Shown here piece after piece: positions 1 to 9,397 of a DNA stretch of 64,000 bases. The stretch's first letter is position 1. Every line of letters begins with the position of its first letter. Origin of the DNA: Bacteroidota bacterium (lineage in GTDB: Bacteria > Bacteroidota > Ignavibacteria > Kapaibacteriales > Kapaibacteriaceae); the NCBI GenBank assembly GCA_041170435.1, contig JBEAYU010000042.1, forward strand, positions 55,692-119,691. The letters run 5' to 3'. The notes below the pieces were generated by a model. It was not told where the DNA came from and did not search any database. It worked only from the letters and a program-made list of their open reading frames with translations. A program made the position numbers and the translations under genes.

Positions 1-2
1 GT

Positions 3-1709
3 CATCAGTACGAGCAATCGACCTCGGCGTCGGTTCGCAAGTCGATCGAAAAGTACTTTGCCACGGTCACCTGCCGAGAATGCCAAGGTGGAAGGCTGAA
101 AAAGGCCCATGTTCATGTCCGCTTGGCAGGTCAAAGCATTGTCGATATCTGTCGGCGCGACATCGTGGATGCACGCACGTGGTTCCTGTCGCTTCGCGAC
201 GACCTCACAGATCGCCAGAACCACATCGCTTTTCTCATCCTCAAAGAGATCAACCAACGTCTCGAGTTCCTTGACGATGTGGGGCTCAGCTACCTCACGC
301 TGGATCGCAGTGCCCGCAGTCTCTCCGGAGGTGAATCCCAACGGATACGTCTGGCCTCACAGATCGGCTCTCACCTGGTGGGTGTCACCTACGTTCTTGA
401 CGAGCCGTCGATCGGACTCCACCAGCATGATAATCGAAAACTTATCGAGTCGCTCAAGCGGCTGCGTGACATTGGCAACACCGTGCTGGTGGTTGAGCAC
501 GACCGAGAAATGATCGAAGAGTCCGACACGATGATCGATGTTGGGCCAGGAGCTGGTGTGCACGGCGGATCGATCGTTGCCGTGAAGTCATCCGGTGAGA
601 TTCACGATATCATCTCCGGAAAGGACCGCTCGGAGAGCCCCTCCATCACATTGCAGTACCTTGGTGGGCAGCGACGCGTCTTCCGACCCGACGCTCGGAG
701 AGTCGGCAACGGAAAGATTCTCGAGTTGAAAGGGGCTCGCGGCAACAACCTCCGAAACGTGGATCTCGAGATTCCGCTCGGAACGTTCACCTGCGTCACG
801 GGTATGAGCGGTTCAGGTAAGAGTTCTCTGATCAATGACACCCTGTATCCGATCATGTCGGCACGACTTCATCGGTCAGAACTCAAGCCCCTTGACTACA
901 CGTCGATCCATGGCCTTGAGTTCATCGATAAGGTCATCGAGATCGATCAGACGCCGATTGGACGCACACCTCGCTCGAATCCGGCAACCTATACGGGACT
1001 CTTCACGCTGATCCGTGATTTCTTCACAATGCTGCCCGAGGCGAAGATCCGCGGCTACCAGGCAGGACGGTTTTCGTTCAACGTCTCCGGCGGACGTTGC
1101 GAAGAATGCGAAGGGGTCGGCCTGAAGAAGATCGAGATGAACTTCCTACCCGATGTGTACGTACCGTGCGAGACCTGTGGCGGCAAGCGCTATAATGCCG
1201 AGACGCTGATGGTGCGCTTCAAAGGCAAGTCCATCTCCGACGTACTGGAGATGACCGTTGAAGAGGCACGGGAGTTCTTCACCGATATTCCCCGAATCTC
1301 CACACGCCTGCAGACACTGATGGATGTGGGGTTGACCTACATCACGTTGGGACAGCAGGCAACGACATTGTCAGGGGGCGAAGCACAACGCGTAAAGCTC
1401 GCCACCGAGCTTGCAAAGTCGTACACCGGAAAGACGCTGTATCTGCTCGACGAACCGACCACTGGTTTGCACTTCGAGGACATTAGCGTTCTGATGAAGC
1501 TACTCCACCGCCTTGTCGATCGTGGCAATACGGTGGTCGTCATCGAGCACAACCTCGACGTCATCGTCAGTGCAGACCATGTCATCGATCTTGGCCCCGG
1601 TGGAGGTCGCGAGGGCGGACAGATCATTGCCACGGGAACACCGGAACATGTCGCGTCGTTGGACGTCTCTCTGACCGGTAGATACCTTGCGGCGGAACTG
1701 AGAAAATAA
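3..1709 (+). CDS. uvrA: Excinuclease ABC subunit A (UvrA), C-terminal ~568 aa; the 5' end lies upstream of the window
   Basis: Frame 3 is open from base 3 (HQYEQS...[12 protein letters not shown]). It has two ABC signatures ([24 protein letters not shown]), a Walker A (GMSGSGKSS) and a zinc module (CEECEGVG...CETCGGKRY), all typical of UvrA. Confidence 0.95.
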   Translation, partial: HQYEQSTSASVRKSIEKYFATVTCRECQGGRLKKAHVHVRLAGQSIVDICRRDIVDARTWFLSLRDDLTDRQNHIAFLILKEINQRLEFLDDVGLSYLTLDRSARSLSGGESQRIRLASQIGSHLVGVTYVLDEPSIGLHQHDNRKLIESLKRLRDIGNTVLVVEHDREMIEESDTMIDVGPGAGVHGGSIVAVKSSGEIHDIISGKDRSESPSITLQYLGGQRRVFRPDARRVGNGKILELKGARGNNLRNVDLEIPLGTFTCVTGMSGSGKSSLINDTLYPIMSARLHRSELKPLDYTSIHGLEFIDKVIEIDQTPIGRTPRSNPATYTGLFTLIRDFFTMLPEAKIRGYQAGRFSFNVSGGRCEECEGVGLKKIEMNFLPDVYVPCETCGGKRYNAETLMVRFKGKSISDVLEMTVEEAREFFTDIPRISTRLQTLMDVGLTYITLGQQATTLSGGEAQRVKLATELAKSYTGKTLYLLDEPTTGLHFEDISVLMKLLHRLVDRGNTVVVIEHNLDVIVSADHVIDLGPGGGREGGQIIATGTPEHVASLDVSLTGRYLAAELRK

Positions 1710-1783
1710 TTCCCATGTTTGCTGTATGTGCATGATTTGTCAACGCTGTTCGTCAAAGCGGCCACATCCATGAGAACCACACA

Positions 1784-4030
1784 GTGCCTCGCAGGCAAGA
1801 TCGCGGCAACATCCCGATCGAGAGGAGTGATCTGATCATGATCTCGATCCGACAACAGCTGCAACAGTGCTTGCATTCGACCGCTGAGCGCTCGAACATC
1901 GCCGACATCAACGTCACCATTTTCAATCGAGTTGACGAGTGTCTGGACGGCCAGAATGTCAGTCTCGATCGCATGTGTTCGATCCTTCGCGATATCGGCA
2001 TCGTTGCCACCATGCGCAAGAATGGTGGTCATCTGCCGGACGATCCATCGATGGTCATCTGGCTCGACGCTGCCGGGAACGTGCAACGCGCCGAGCGGTC
2101 CTCCTCAACATCATACCGGGTCGTGGACCAAGCCACGGGCGGCACCCGTTCTTCGTCGTGGAAGGACGTCGCTGCGCTCATCGGTGGCGGCGATTGCATC
2201 GTCATCCCGATCGCACAGCACTCATTTCTGAAAGGCGATGACTCCGAGGGCGCTTCGGCATCCACATCCGCTGGTGGCTATGCGGGCAAGACGAAACAGG
2301 TTCGGTTCCGGGATGTCTGGCCCCTTATCAAGAGTCTGATGAAGGCCGAGAAGCGCGACATTTTCATCGTCATCGTGTACTCCACCTTCATCAGTCTGCT
2401 CGGCCTGGTCGTGCCTCTGAGTAGCCAGGCAGTTGTGAACGCCGTCGCTCTAGGAGTGTTCAGTCGTCAGCTTGTCGTTCTTTGCGTCGTCGTCCTGATC
2501 GCCATGCTTGCAATCGCTGCCATGATGGTCCTTGAGCGTCATGTCATCGACTTCATTCAGCGTCGTTTGTTTGTCACGACCGCCTTTGACATCGTCAACA
2601 GGATTCCGCGGCTGCGTGAAGACGCCATCCGCGGCATGTACGTGCCGGAGCTGGTCAACAGGTTCTTCGACGTCATCACCGTACAAAAGACCATCGGAAA
2701 GTTTCTCCTTGAAGGCGTTGGGGCGTTTCTTATCCTGTTGACCGGGCTGTTGGTACTGTTCCTGTACCATCCTTTCTTTCTCGTGTACGATCTGATCTTC
2801 ATCGGATTCATCCCCATCCTCGTGTTCGTGCTCGGTCGGGGAGCTCTCACGACGTCGCTCGCCGTTTCCAACGCGAAGTATTCCACCGCTGCATGGCTTG
2901 AAGAAGTGGCGCGCAATCAACGGTCGATCAAGCTCGATGGAGACAGTGATTACGCTCAGAATCGACTTGACGTACTGAACGTGGAATATGTAGATGCCAA
3001 GGCTCGACACTTTCGCATCATGGCGCGACAGATGTTGGGCTCGTATATCTTCAAGGCCTTTGCCACGGTGGGCATTCTTGCACTCGGCGGCGTGCTCGTG
3101 CTTGAAGAGGCCATATCGCTCGGACAGCTTGTTGCCGCAGAGATCATCATCGTTATGATCATTGGTGCCATCGAAAAGCTCCTTGTTCAGTTCGATGATT
3201 TTTACGATTTCACTGCTGCCATCTACAAACTCCAAACCATTGCGAAGCTTCCAACCGAACATGCAGTTGGACAGCAGGTGCCGGCGTTCAAGGACGGTGG
3301 CTCGGTTGTTCTCGATGACGTATCCTACACCGACGGATCCTCCTCAGTTCTGCGGAATGTGTCATTAAGCATCAATGCCGGCGAGCACGTCAGTATCGTC
3401 GGTGGTAGCGGAAGTGGTAAATCGACCATCGCGAAGCTCATCGTAGGTCTTCTTCTGCCAAGTAAGGGTCATCTTCGTATCAACGGCGTCGATACCAAGC
3501 TTGCGGATCTGGCCTCCTTGCGTTCACATGTGGGCTATCTCGACCCCGACGATGCACTGGTGCCGGGTAGCGTGCGCGACAACATCACGCTTGGACGACC
3601 TGTCTCACAGTCTACCATCGATCAGGTGTTGAAGCTTTGCCTTCTCACAGAGGAGGTCCAGCGCCTTCCGCGTGGTCTGCAGACCGAGGTTATCGCACTT
3701 GGCGCTAACATCTCCTACAGCGTGCGCAGACGCATTCTTCTGGCTCGTGTTCTGCTGGGCATGCCTGACATCATCATTATCGACAGTGCATTCCAGGGCT
3801 TGGAGGATGGTCTGAAGATGCGCCTCGTTGAGTCCATCATGAACCAAACGTCCTGCACAGTCGTGAACATCTCTTTCGATACGGACATCATCAGTGCAAC
3901 TAACCGTGTGCACGTCTTGTCTCAGGGTGCTCTCGTGTGCTCAGGTACGCTTGATGAGGTATGTGCCGAACGTGAAGACCTGCGAGCTCTGCTCCTGCGC
4001 CGTCAACCCACGCGGGGAGGTTCGCAATGA
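1784..4030 (+). CDS. ABC exporter half-transporter (N-terminal extension + TM domain + nucleotide-binding domain with degenerate catalytic motifs)
   Basis: 748-aa ORF starting at GTG 1784; an alternative ATG at 1838 is preceded by GAGAGGAG. The TM block spans roughly residues 190-480. Walker A GGSGSGKST lies at 3401-3427. The signature position reads ISYSV (3710-3724), Walker B reads IIIIDS (D-S at 3782-3787), and the H-loop position reads NISFD (F at 3875-3877). The stop overlaps the next start (ATGA 4027-4030). Confidence 0.85.
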   Translation: MPRRQDRGNIPIERSDLIMISIRQQLQQCLHSTAERSNIADINVTIFNRVDECLDGQNVSLDRMCSILRDIGIVATMRKNGGHLPDDPSMVIWLDAAGNVQRAERSSSTSYRVVDQATGGTRSSSWKDVAALIGGGDCIVIPIAQHSFLKGDDSEGASASTSAGGYAGKTKQVRFRDVWPLIKSLMKAEKRDIFIVIVYSTFISLLGLVVPLSSQAVVNAVALGVFSRQLVVLCVVVLIAMLAIAAMMVLERHVIDFIQRRLFVTTAFDIVNRIPRLREDAIRGMYVPELVNRFFDVITVQKTIGKFLLEGVGAFLILLTGLLVLFLYHPFFLVYDLIFIGFIPILVFVLGRGALTTSLAVSNAKYSTAAWLEEVARNQRSIKLDGDSDYAQNRLDVLNVEYVDAKARHFRIMARQMLGSYIFKAFATVGILALGGVLVLEEAISLGQLVAAEIIIVMIIGAIEKLLVQFDDFYDFTAAIYKLQTIAKLPTEHAVGQQVPAFKDGGSVVLDDVSYTDGSSSVLRNVSLSINAGEHVSIVGGSGSGKSTIAKLIVGLLLPSKGHLRINGVDTKLADLASLRSHVGYLDPDDALVPGSVRDNITLGRPVSQSTIDQVLKLCLLTEEVQRLPRGLQTEVIALGANISYSVRRRILLARVLLGMPDIIIIDSAFQGLEDGLKMRLVESIMNQTSCTVVNISFDTDIISATNRVHVLSQGALVCSGTLDEVCAEREDLRALLLRRQPTRGGSQ

Positions 4031-5253
4031 CGTCGAATCGATTCTCCCTTAACCTTCTCGGCAGCCCATCGGTCCATCGCCACCTCGTGACGATCCTGCT
4101 GTCGATCCTCATCGGGTCGATCCTGTTTCTCATCTTCGTCCCGTGGCAGCAGTCGGTCGTCGGCAGTGGACGCGTCACCTCCTTCACGCCACAGGCACGA
4201 CCTCAAGCTGTCGAGAGTGCCATCAGTGGACGGATAACAAAGTGGTACGTTCGAGAGGGCGACCGCGTCAACAAGGGTGACACTATCCTTGTGATGGCCG
4301 ACATCAACGTCAACTTCATGGATGCGGAGATCATCGAACGATTGCAAATGCTCAGGGGGCGCACATTCGCTGCCCAGGAGCAAGCCATCCAGGTAGCGAT
4401 GCAACGGCGACGTCAGGCCGAGCAGCGCTATGAAGCCGCTCGCGCCCGGCTCGACAATGCCAGGATTGAGACTGAGACGGCACGCATACGATACAATCGA
4501 GCAGATACGTTGTTTCGTAACGATCTGGTGGCCCGTCGCGAACTTGAATCGGCTCAGCTGAATCTGCAGAAGGCGGTCGCCGACTCGGTGTCTGCCTCTA
4601 CTGGCTTGATGGCCGCCCGTCAGGATATTGAGGCCTTTTCTGCCGAAGAAGAGCGGGTCGTCAACCAGGCGTATTCGACCATGCACGAGATGGACATTCG
4701 GGTGTCGAACGCCGAAACGCGTCGTGGCGCCGGCGTGGTGCTTGCTCCGATCGATGGCGTGATTGTGCGAATCGAAAAATTCGGCGAAGGCATGACCGTG
4801 AAGGAAGGAACTCCGCTGGCGCTGATCGTGCCGGCCGGAGACGACCGTGCGGTGGAGCTTTACGTCGGGAGTATGGACGCCGCCCTCGTCGAACCCGGAC
4901 GGCTCGTATCACTCCAGTTCAGTGGCTTCCCTGCCTTCCAGTTCTCTGGATGGCAGGCTCTTCAAGTGGGCGTGTTCCACGGTCGTGTCAAGGTGGTCGA
5001 TGCCACCGATGACGGCTCTGGCCGCTTCCGGATTCTCGTCGTACCTGCGGAAGAATCCAAGTACGGCCGATGGCCAAGTAACCGCTACCTGCGTCAGGGC
5101 ACTGATGCCTCGGGATGGGTCCTTCTTGACGATGTGTCCGTTGGCTTCGAGCTCTGGCGACAGCTCATGGGATTCCCTCCGCAGTACCCGGTGACCCCAT
5201 CAAAGGCAGCTGGCAAGCCGGCGAAGAAGGAAGGGGCGAAGGAAGAGAAGTGA
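4027..5253 (+). CDS. HlyD-family membrane fusion (periplasmic adaptor) protein
   Basis: N-terminal TM anchor (LVTILLSILIGSILFLIFVPW), lipoyl-like hairpin (GRITKWYVREGDRVNKGDTILVM), a long coiled-coil segment and a C-terminal beta domain. It is translationally coupled to both neighbours. Confidence 0.85.
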   Translation: MTSNRFSLNLLGSPSVHRHLVTILLSILIGSILFLIFVPWQQSVVGSGRVTSFTPQARPQAVESAISGRITKWYVREGDRVNKGDTILVMADINVNFMDAEIIERLQMLRGRTFAAQEQAIQVAMQRRRQAEQRYEAARARLDNARIETETARIRYNRADTLFRNDLVARRELESAQLNLQKAVADSVSASTGLMAARQDIEAFSAEEERVVNQAYSTMHEMDIRVSNAETRRGAGVVLAPIDGVIVRIEKFGEGMTVKEGTPLALIVPAGDDRAVELYVGSMDAALVEPGRLVSLQFSGFPAFQFSGWQALQVGVFHGRVKVVDATDDGSGRFRILVVPAEESKYGRWPSNRYLRQGTDASGWVLLDDVSVGFELWRQLMGFPPQYPVTPSKAAGKPAKKEGAKEEK

Positions 5254-6629
5254 ACGGAGCTCTTCGCATCCTTCTGGTCTTGGCGGCCATCGTACTCGTA
5301 CACCCGAGCCTCCACGCGCAACGACGCGTCAGCCTACGTGAATTCCTCGATCTGGTCGAGCGGAACCATCCGACCATTCGTGCTGCAAACCTTGAGCCCG
5401 AACTCGCTGAGGCAGAGGTGAGGTCGGCCCTGGGACGCTTTGACCCATTTTTTGCCTTCAACTACGAATCCAAGGTCAAGTCGGGCAATGATAAGCTCAC
5501 CGTCCTTGAAGGGTCCATTGAGCAGCCCCTTGACATGCTCTTTGGCCCAAAGATCAAGGCAGGATTCCAACGCGGGACAGGCTTTTCGATCAACCCTGAA
5601 GATCTTACGGCAACAGCCGGTGAGGCCTCGCTGGGTGTGAGCATGCCTCTTCTTCAGGGGATCTTCACCGATGCTCGACGTAACAACCTTCGAAAGGCTG
5701 AGCTTCGACCAGATCTTGCCCTTGCGCAGCAGCGCATCGAGCGCAATGCCCTGCTGAGAACCGGTGCACTGCGTTTCCTCGACTGGAGTGAGGCGGCTGA
5801 GCTCGTTTCTGTGGCCGATACGCTGCTGGAGCTGGCACGCCGACGGCAGAGCTTCATCATCCGTCGATCGATCAGCGGCGAATCGGCGCTCATCGATTCC
5901 ACGGAAGCAGCTCAAGAGGTGCGCAGACGTGAAGGCGAGCGCCTGCGCACACTCCGCATGGCCGAGCAGTTCGCGGTCGATGTCAAGGGGCTCATCTTTG
6001 CCGACAATGGCATTCAGATCCCAGACCCATTTGATGCACCAACGGGGCTTACGGGACGTCCGGATTCGGCTCGCACAACCGACAGAGCCATCAACGTGGC
6101 CTTCGCAGCACGTCCGGAACTTCGACGCGTAGAGATCGCACTCCAGACCGCGCGTCTTGACTCGACGCTCGCTCGAGAGTTCATGAGGCCAAACCTTGAG
6201 CTCGATGCCGGCGTTGTAGCATTTGATGCCGGACAGCCTTCGGCGATCGATTACAAGATCGGCCTCAAGATGCAGCAGCCCCTTTTCTTCCGCCAAGCCT
6301 CAGCCGGTGTGCAGACCACGTCGGTCGCAGTCGATCGAGCAGAGTTTGCCCTTCAGCTGATGCGCCGGCTTGTTGAGATCGATGTGCGCAATTCAATGAT
6401 CGCCATTGAACGCTCACTTGAGCGTTTGACGATCGCTCAGGAAGAAGTGCGTTTGGCTCTCATCATGGTCAACGCCGAACAGCAACGATTTACTGCGGGA
6501 GATGCCTCGCTCCTGACCCTCAACTTGAGAGAGCGGTTCTATGGCGAAGCTCTGCAGCGCCTTGTCTCAGCGAAGGCCGATGTCGAGCGCGCCAACATCA
6601 GTCTCCTCTGGGCAATGGGTATAATCTGA
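5250..6629 (+). CDS. TolC-family outer-membrane efflux protein
   Basis: The GTG start overlaps the HlyD stop (GTGA 5250-5253). It has a signal peptide (ALRILLVLAAIVLVHPSLHA), a 459-aa helix-rich two-repeat architecture typical of TolC/OprM-type outer-membrane factors, and third position in an ABC-MFP-OMF operon. Confidence 0.8.
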   Translation: MNGALRILLVLAAIVLVHPSLHAQRRVSLREFLDLVERNHPTIRAANLEPELAEAEVRSALGRFDPFFAFNYESKVKSGNDKLTVLEGSIEQPLDMLFGPKIKAGFQRGTGFSINPEDLTATAGEASLGVSMPLLQGIFTDARRNNLRKAELRPDLALAQQRIERNALLRTGALRFLDWSEAAELVSVADTLLELARRRQSFIIRRSISGESALIDSTEAAQEVRRREGERLRTLRMAEQFAVDVKGLIFADNGIQIPDPFDAPTGLTGRPDSARTTDRAINVAFAARPELRRVEIALQTARLDSTLAREFMRPNLELDAGVVAFDAGQPSAIDYKIGLKMQQPLFFRQASAGVQTTSVAVDRAEFALQLMRRLVEIDVRNSMIAIERSLERLTIAQEEVRLALIMVNAEQQRFTAGDASLLTLNLRERFYGEALQRLVSAKADVERANISLLWAMGII

Positions 6630-6691
6630 TTGGCGTATCTTTGCAGCCCTTTGAACGACGATTTCATCACGAATAACTCACAGTTACACAC

Positions 6692-7438
6692 ATGAACATT
6701 CTCGTGTGCATCAGCCAGGTACCTGATACGACCACCAAGGTGGCCGTCGGTGCCGACGGCACGTCGATCAACCCCGCAGGGGTCAAGTATATTCTGAATC
6801 CCTACGATGAGTTCGCTATCGAAGAAGGTCTTCGACAGCGCGAACGTCACGGTGGAACGGTCACAGCCGTGAGCGTTGGACCCGACTCGGTCAAGGAAGT
6901 TCTCCGGACGGCTCTGGCCATGGGCGTCGATACAGCGATTCACATCAAGGATGACCAGCGAAGCGACTCGTTCTGCGTCGCCAGCTCCATCGCCGATCTG
7001 GCCAAGGAGTCCACTCCTGACCTGATCATCTTCGGACGTCAATCGATCGACTTTGATTCGTTTGCTCTTCCGTCAATGACGGCCGAGATACTCGGCTGGG
7101 CCGACATTCCGGTGGTGTCGATGCTGTCGATCGACGGTTCTGCCATTACCGCCGAAAGCGATATCGAGGGAGGCAAGTACTCCGTATCGTGTGAACTGCC
7201 ATGTGTGATCAGCGCGCAAAAGGGGCTGAACGATCCACGGTACCCAAAGCTCCCGGACATTATGAAGGCAAAGTCCAAGCCGATCGCTGAACGCCCAGCG
7301 TCTGGACAATCGGCTCGCGTTACCACAACGTCAATGGCCCTGCCGGTGACGAAGCGCCTCAACAAGGTGCTCGGTGATTCCGATGCCGACGTCAAGGAAT
7401 TGGTCCGTCTCCTCCACGAAGAAGCAAAGGTGATCTAA
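6692..7438 (+). CDS. etfB: Electron transfer flavoprotein beta subunit
   Basis: The N-terminus MNILVCISQVPDTTTKV and the 248-aa length match EtfB. etfA follows 3 nt downstream. Confidence 0.93.
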   Translation: MNILVCISQVPDTTTKVAVGADGTSINPAGVKYILNPYDEFAIEEGLRQRERHGGTVTAVSVGPDSVKEVLRTALAMGVDTAIHIKDDQRSDSFCVASSIADLAKESTPDLIIFGRQSIDFDSFALPSMTAEILGWADIPVVSMLSIDGSAITAESDIEGGKYSVSCELPCVISAQKGLNDPRYPKLPDIMKAKSKPIAERPASGQSARVTTTSMALPVTKRLNKVLGDSDADVKELVRLLHEEAKVI

Positions 7439-7440
7439 CA

Positions 7441-8409
7441 ATGAGCATACTCGTCGTACTTGAAGCGCAAGCCGGTGGTCTGAAGCGCACCTCATGTGAA
7501 GCCATCACCGCGGCTCTCTCCGTTTCTGGCGGATCAGCCGTCACGGGCATCATTTTCAACGGCGCGCAGGAGCAGTTTGCAGCAGCCGGAGCCCACGGCC
7601 TTTCCAAGGTTCTGAACATCAGCGGCGATGAGTGGACGTCGATCCCCTCGGCACGCATGGCCGCCGCCATCTCAGATGCAGCCGTCTCCGTTGGTGCATC
7701 ACTTGTGGTCTTCGGCGCCAACTCGTTCGGAAAGAATGTCGCCCCACGAGTATCGGTGCGGCTCGGAGCAGGGTTCCTACCTGACTGTGTGGCTCTGAGC
7801 GGAACGGCCGGTTCGATCGAAGCAACGCGCCCCGTCTATGCAGGTAAGGCCCTCGTGAACGTCACGTCCACCACCGCAACGACGGTGGTGACACTTCGTC
7901 CGAATCTCTTCACCGCCAAAAACGTGGCAGGGGGCGAAGCAGCATCGGAAGCATTTAGCCCAACATCGGCATCATCCCTGCCCACCATGCGCGTCACGTC
8001 CGTCACGCGCAACGAGGGTCAGCTTGACGTCTCGGAGGCCGACATCATCGTCTCCGGCGGTCGTGGACTGAAGGCACCGGAGCACTTTAATCTGATCGAG
8101 GGTTTGGCAAAGAGTCTCGGTGCCGCCGTTGGTGCATCACGCGCCGTGGTCGATGCCGGGTGGCGTCCCCATCGGGAGCAGGTCGGCCAGACCGGCAAGA
8201 CCGTCAGTCCCACCATGTACGTTGCATGCGGCATCAGTGGTGCCGTACAGCACCTTGCGGGTATGTCTTCGAGCAAGATTATTGTCGCAATCAACAAAGA
8301 CAAGGATGCCCCTATCTTCAGTGTCGCTGACTATGGCATTGTTGGTGACGTCTTCGAGGTCCTTCCGCGATTGACGAGTGCCATCTCTGAGGTAACGGGC
8401 AAGAACTGA
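7441..8409 (+). CDS. etfA: Electron transfer flavoprotein alpha subunit
   Basis: 322 aa with a C-terminal FAD-binding region (YVACGISGAVQHLAGM, IVAINKDKDAPIF) typical of EtfA. Confidence 0.93.
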   Translation: MSILVVLEAQAGGLKRTSCEAITAALSVSGGSAVTGIIFNGAQEQFAAAGAHGLSKVLNISGDEWTSIPSARMAAAISDAAVSVGASLVVFGANSFGKNVAPRVSVRLGAGFLPDCVALSGTAGSIEATRPVYAGKALVNVTSTTATTVVTLRPNLFTAKNVAGGEAASEAFSPTSASSLPTMRVTSVTRNEGQLDVSEADIIVSGGRGLKAPEHFNLIEGLAKSLGAAVGASRAVVDAGWRPHREQVGQTGKTVSPTMYVACGISGAVQHLAGMSSSKIIVAINKDKDAPIFSVADYGIVGDVFEVLPRLTSAISEVTGKN

Positions 8410-8422
8410 GAAAGATGTTCGG

Positions 8423-9022
8423 ATGAGCAAGGTACAGGTCGACATACTTGGTCTATCGGTCAACCCAAATTCGCAGCGAGCATATGCTTTGCTGTTGCGG
8501 GAGATCGGTGGCCAACGTCGTTTGCCGATCGTCATCGGAGAACCCGAAGCTCAGGCAATTGCCAATCAATTGGAAGGCGTCCACTCACAACGTCCGATGA
8601 CGCACGACCTTTTGAAGAACGTCATTGATGCTCTTGGTGCGCAGGTCCGTGAGGTCGTGATCACATCGATCAAGGATGGCACCTTCTACGCATCGATCTT
8701 CTTCGAGTACTCTGACCTCGAAGTCGATGCACGACCGAGTGACGCGATCGCTTTGGCCGTGCGGTGTCAGGTCCCGATCTACGTGGACGAGTCGATCATG
8801 GACGAAGCATCGATTCATGCTGATGAGATCCGCGAGCTCGAGGAAGGTAGTTCCGACGAAGAAGAACCCGCTGAACAGCTGCCGGCGGTTGCTCCGTCTG
8901 CAGAGCCCCTTACCTTGCGACAAAGGTTGGAACAAGAACTTGATCAGGCCATCAAGGTCGAGGACTATGAAGCTGCCGCTCGCATCCGGGATGAGATCAG
9001 TCGCTTGCAAAATCCAACATAG
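8423..9022 (+). CDS. Bifunctional nuclease family protein (DUF151-type) with C-terminal UVR motif
   Basis: Core motifs LLLREIGGQRRLPIVIGEPEAQAI, RPMTHDLL and RPSDAIALAVR, an acidic linker, then a UvrB/UvrC-type motif EDYEAAARIRDEISRL. Confidence 0.8.
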   Translation: MSKVQVDILGLSVNPNSQRAYALLLREIGGQRRLPIVIGEPEAQAIANQLEGVHSQRPMTHDLLKNVIDALGAQVREVVITSIKDGTFYASIFFEYSDLEVDARPSDAIALAVRCQVPIYVDESIMDEASIHADEIRELEEGSSDEEEPAEQLPAVAPSAEPLTLRQRLEQELDQAIKVEDYEAAARIRDEISRLQNPT

Positions 9023-9068
9023 GTTTTGAATCTGACGGACGTTCGTATCTTTGCATCCCCTCTTGAGG

Positions 9069-9142
9069 GCCGGAGTAGCTCAGGTGGTTAGAGCAACGGA
9101 ATCATAATCCGTGTGTCGGGGGTTCAAGTCCCTCCTCCGGTA
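9069..9142 (+). tRNA. tRNA with anticodon CAT (elongator Met, or Ile2 if C34 is lysidinylated); CCA not encoded
   Basis: Hand-folded cloverleaf. Acceptor stem GCCGGAG/CTCCGGT (one G-U pair), D arm GCTC-AGGTGGTTA-GAGC, anticodon arm ACGGA-ATCATAA-TCCGT, variable loop GTGTC, T arm GGGGG-TTCAAGT-CCCTC, discriminator A. Confidence 0.9.
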
Positions 9143-9150
9143 CTTTCAAC

Positions 9151-9181
9151 AGCGAAGCACATTGTGCTTCGCTGTTTTTGT
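9151..9181 (+). terminator. Rho-independent terminator after the tRNA
   Basis: Perfect inverted repeat AGCGAAGCAC / GTGCTTCGCT (9151-9160 / 9164-9173) followed by TTTTTGTTTG. Confidence 0.7.
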
Positions 9182-9397
9182 TTGTTCAGCCGTCAAGCCT
9201 TCTCGAAAGCCGCCAGAGCAGAAGGCGCGCCACACCCATTTTCTATTTTCTTCCCCGTTGCACCGACATGCGGTAACCTAACGTGATCGCACAAGTCTTG
9301 GTCTTAATTGCGGCGTAGTCGTAGCGTAGTTTCATTTGTTATTGGAGTTCGAATCCATGAGGATTATTCTCAAACTCGTTGATGTTCGAGGTAGAAA

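Noticed and set aside
5334-6296. Long antisense ORFs lie opposite clear genes. Examples are 5334..6296(-) in the TolC gene, 1337..2086(-), 24369..25112(+), 48909..49568(+), 57413..58117(+) and 62168..62914(+).
   Set aside because: They lie entirely inside well-supported genes on the other strand. Their Arg/Ser/Pro-rich low-complexity translations are typical of shadow ORFs in GC-rich DNA, and they show no recognisable motifs.
9344-9356. GGAGTTCGAATCC, resembling a tRNA T-arm, lies 200 nt downstream of the tRNA. It could be a remnant att site of an island carrying the BNR/T9SS gene.
   Set aside because: Only a 4-bp stem can form. It does not repeat the 3' end of the adjacent tRNA (GGGGGTTCAAGTCCCTC), and no integrase or second repeat is present.
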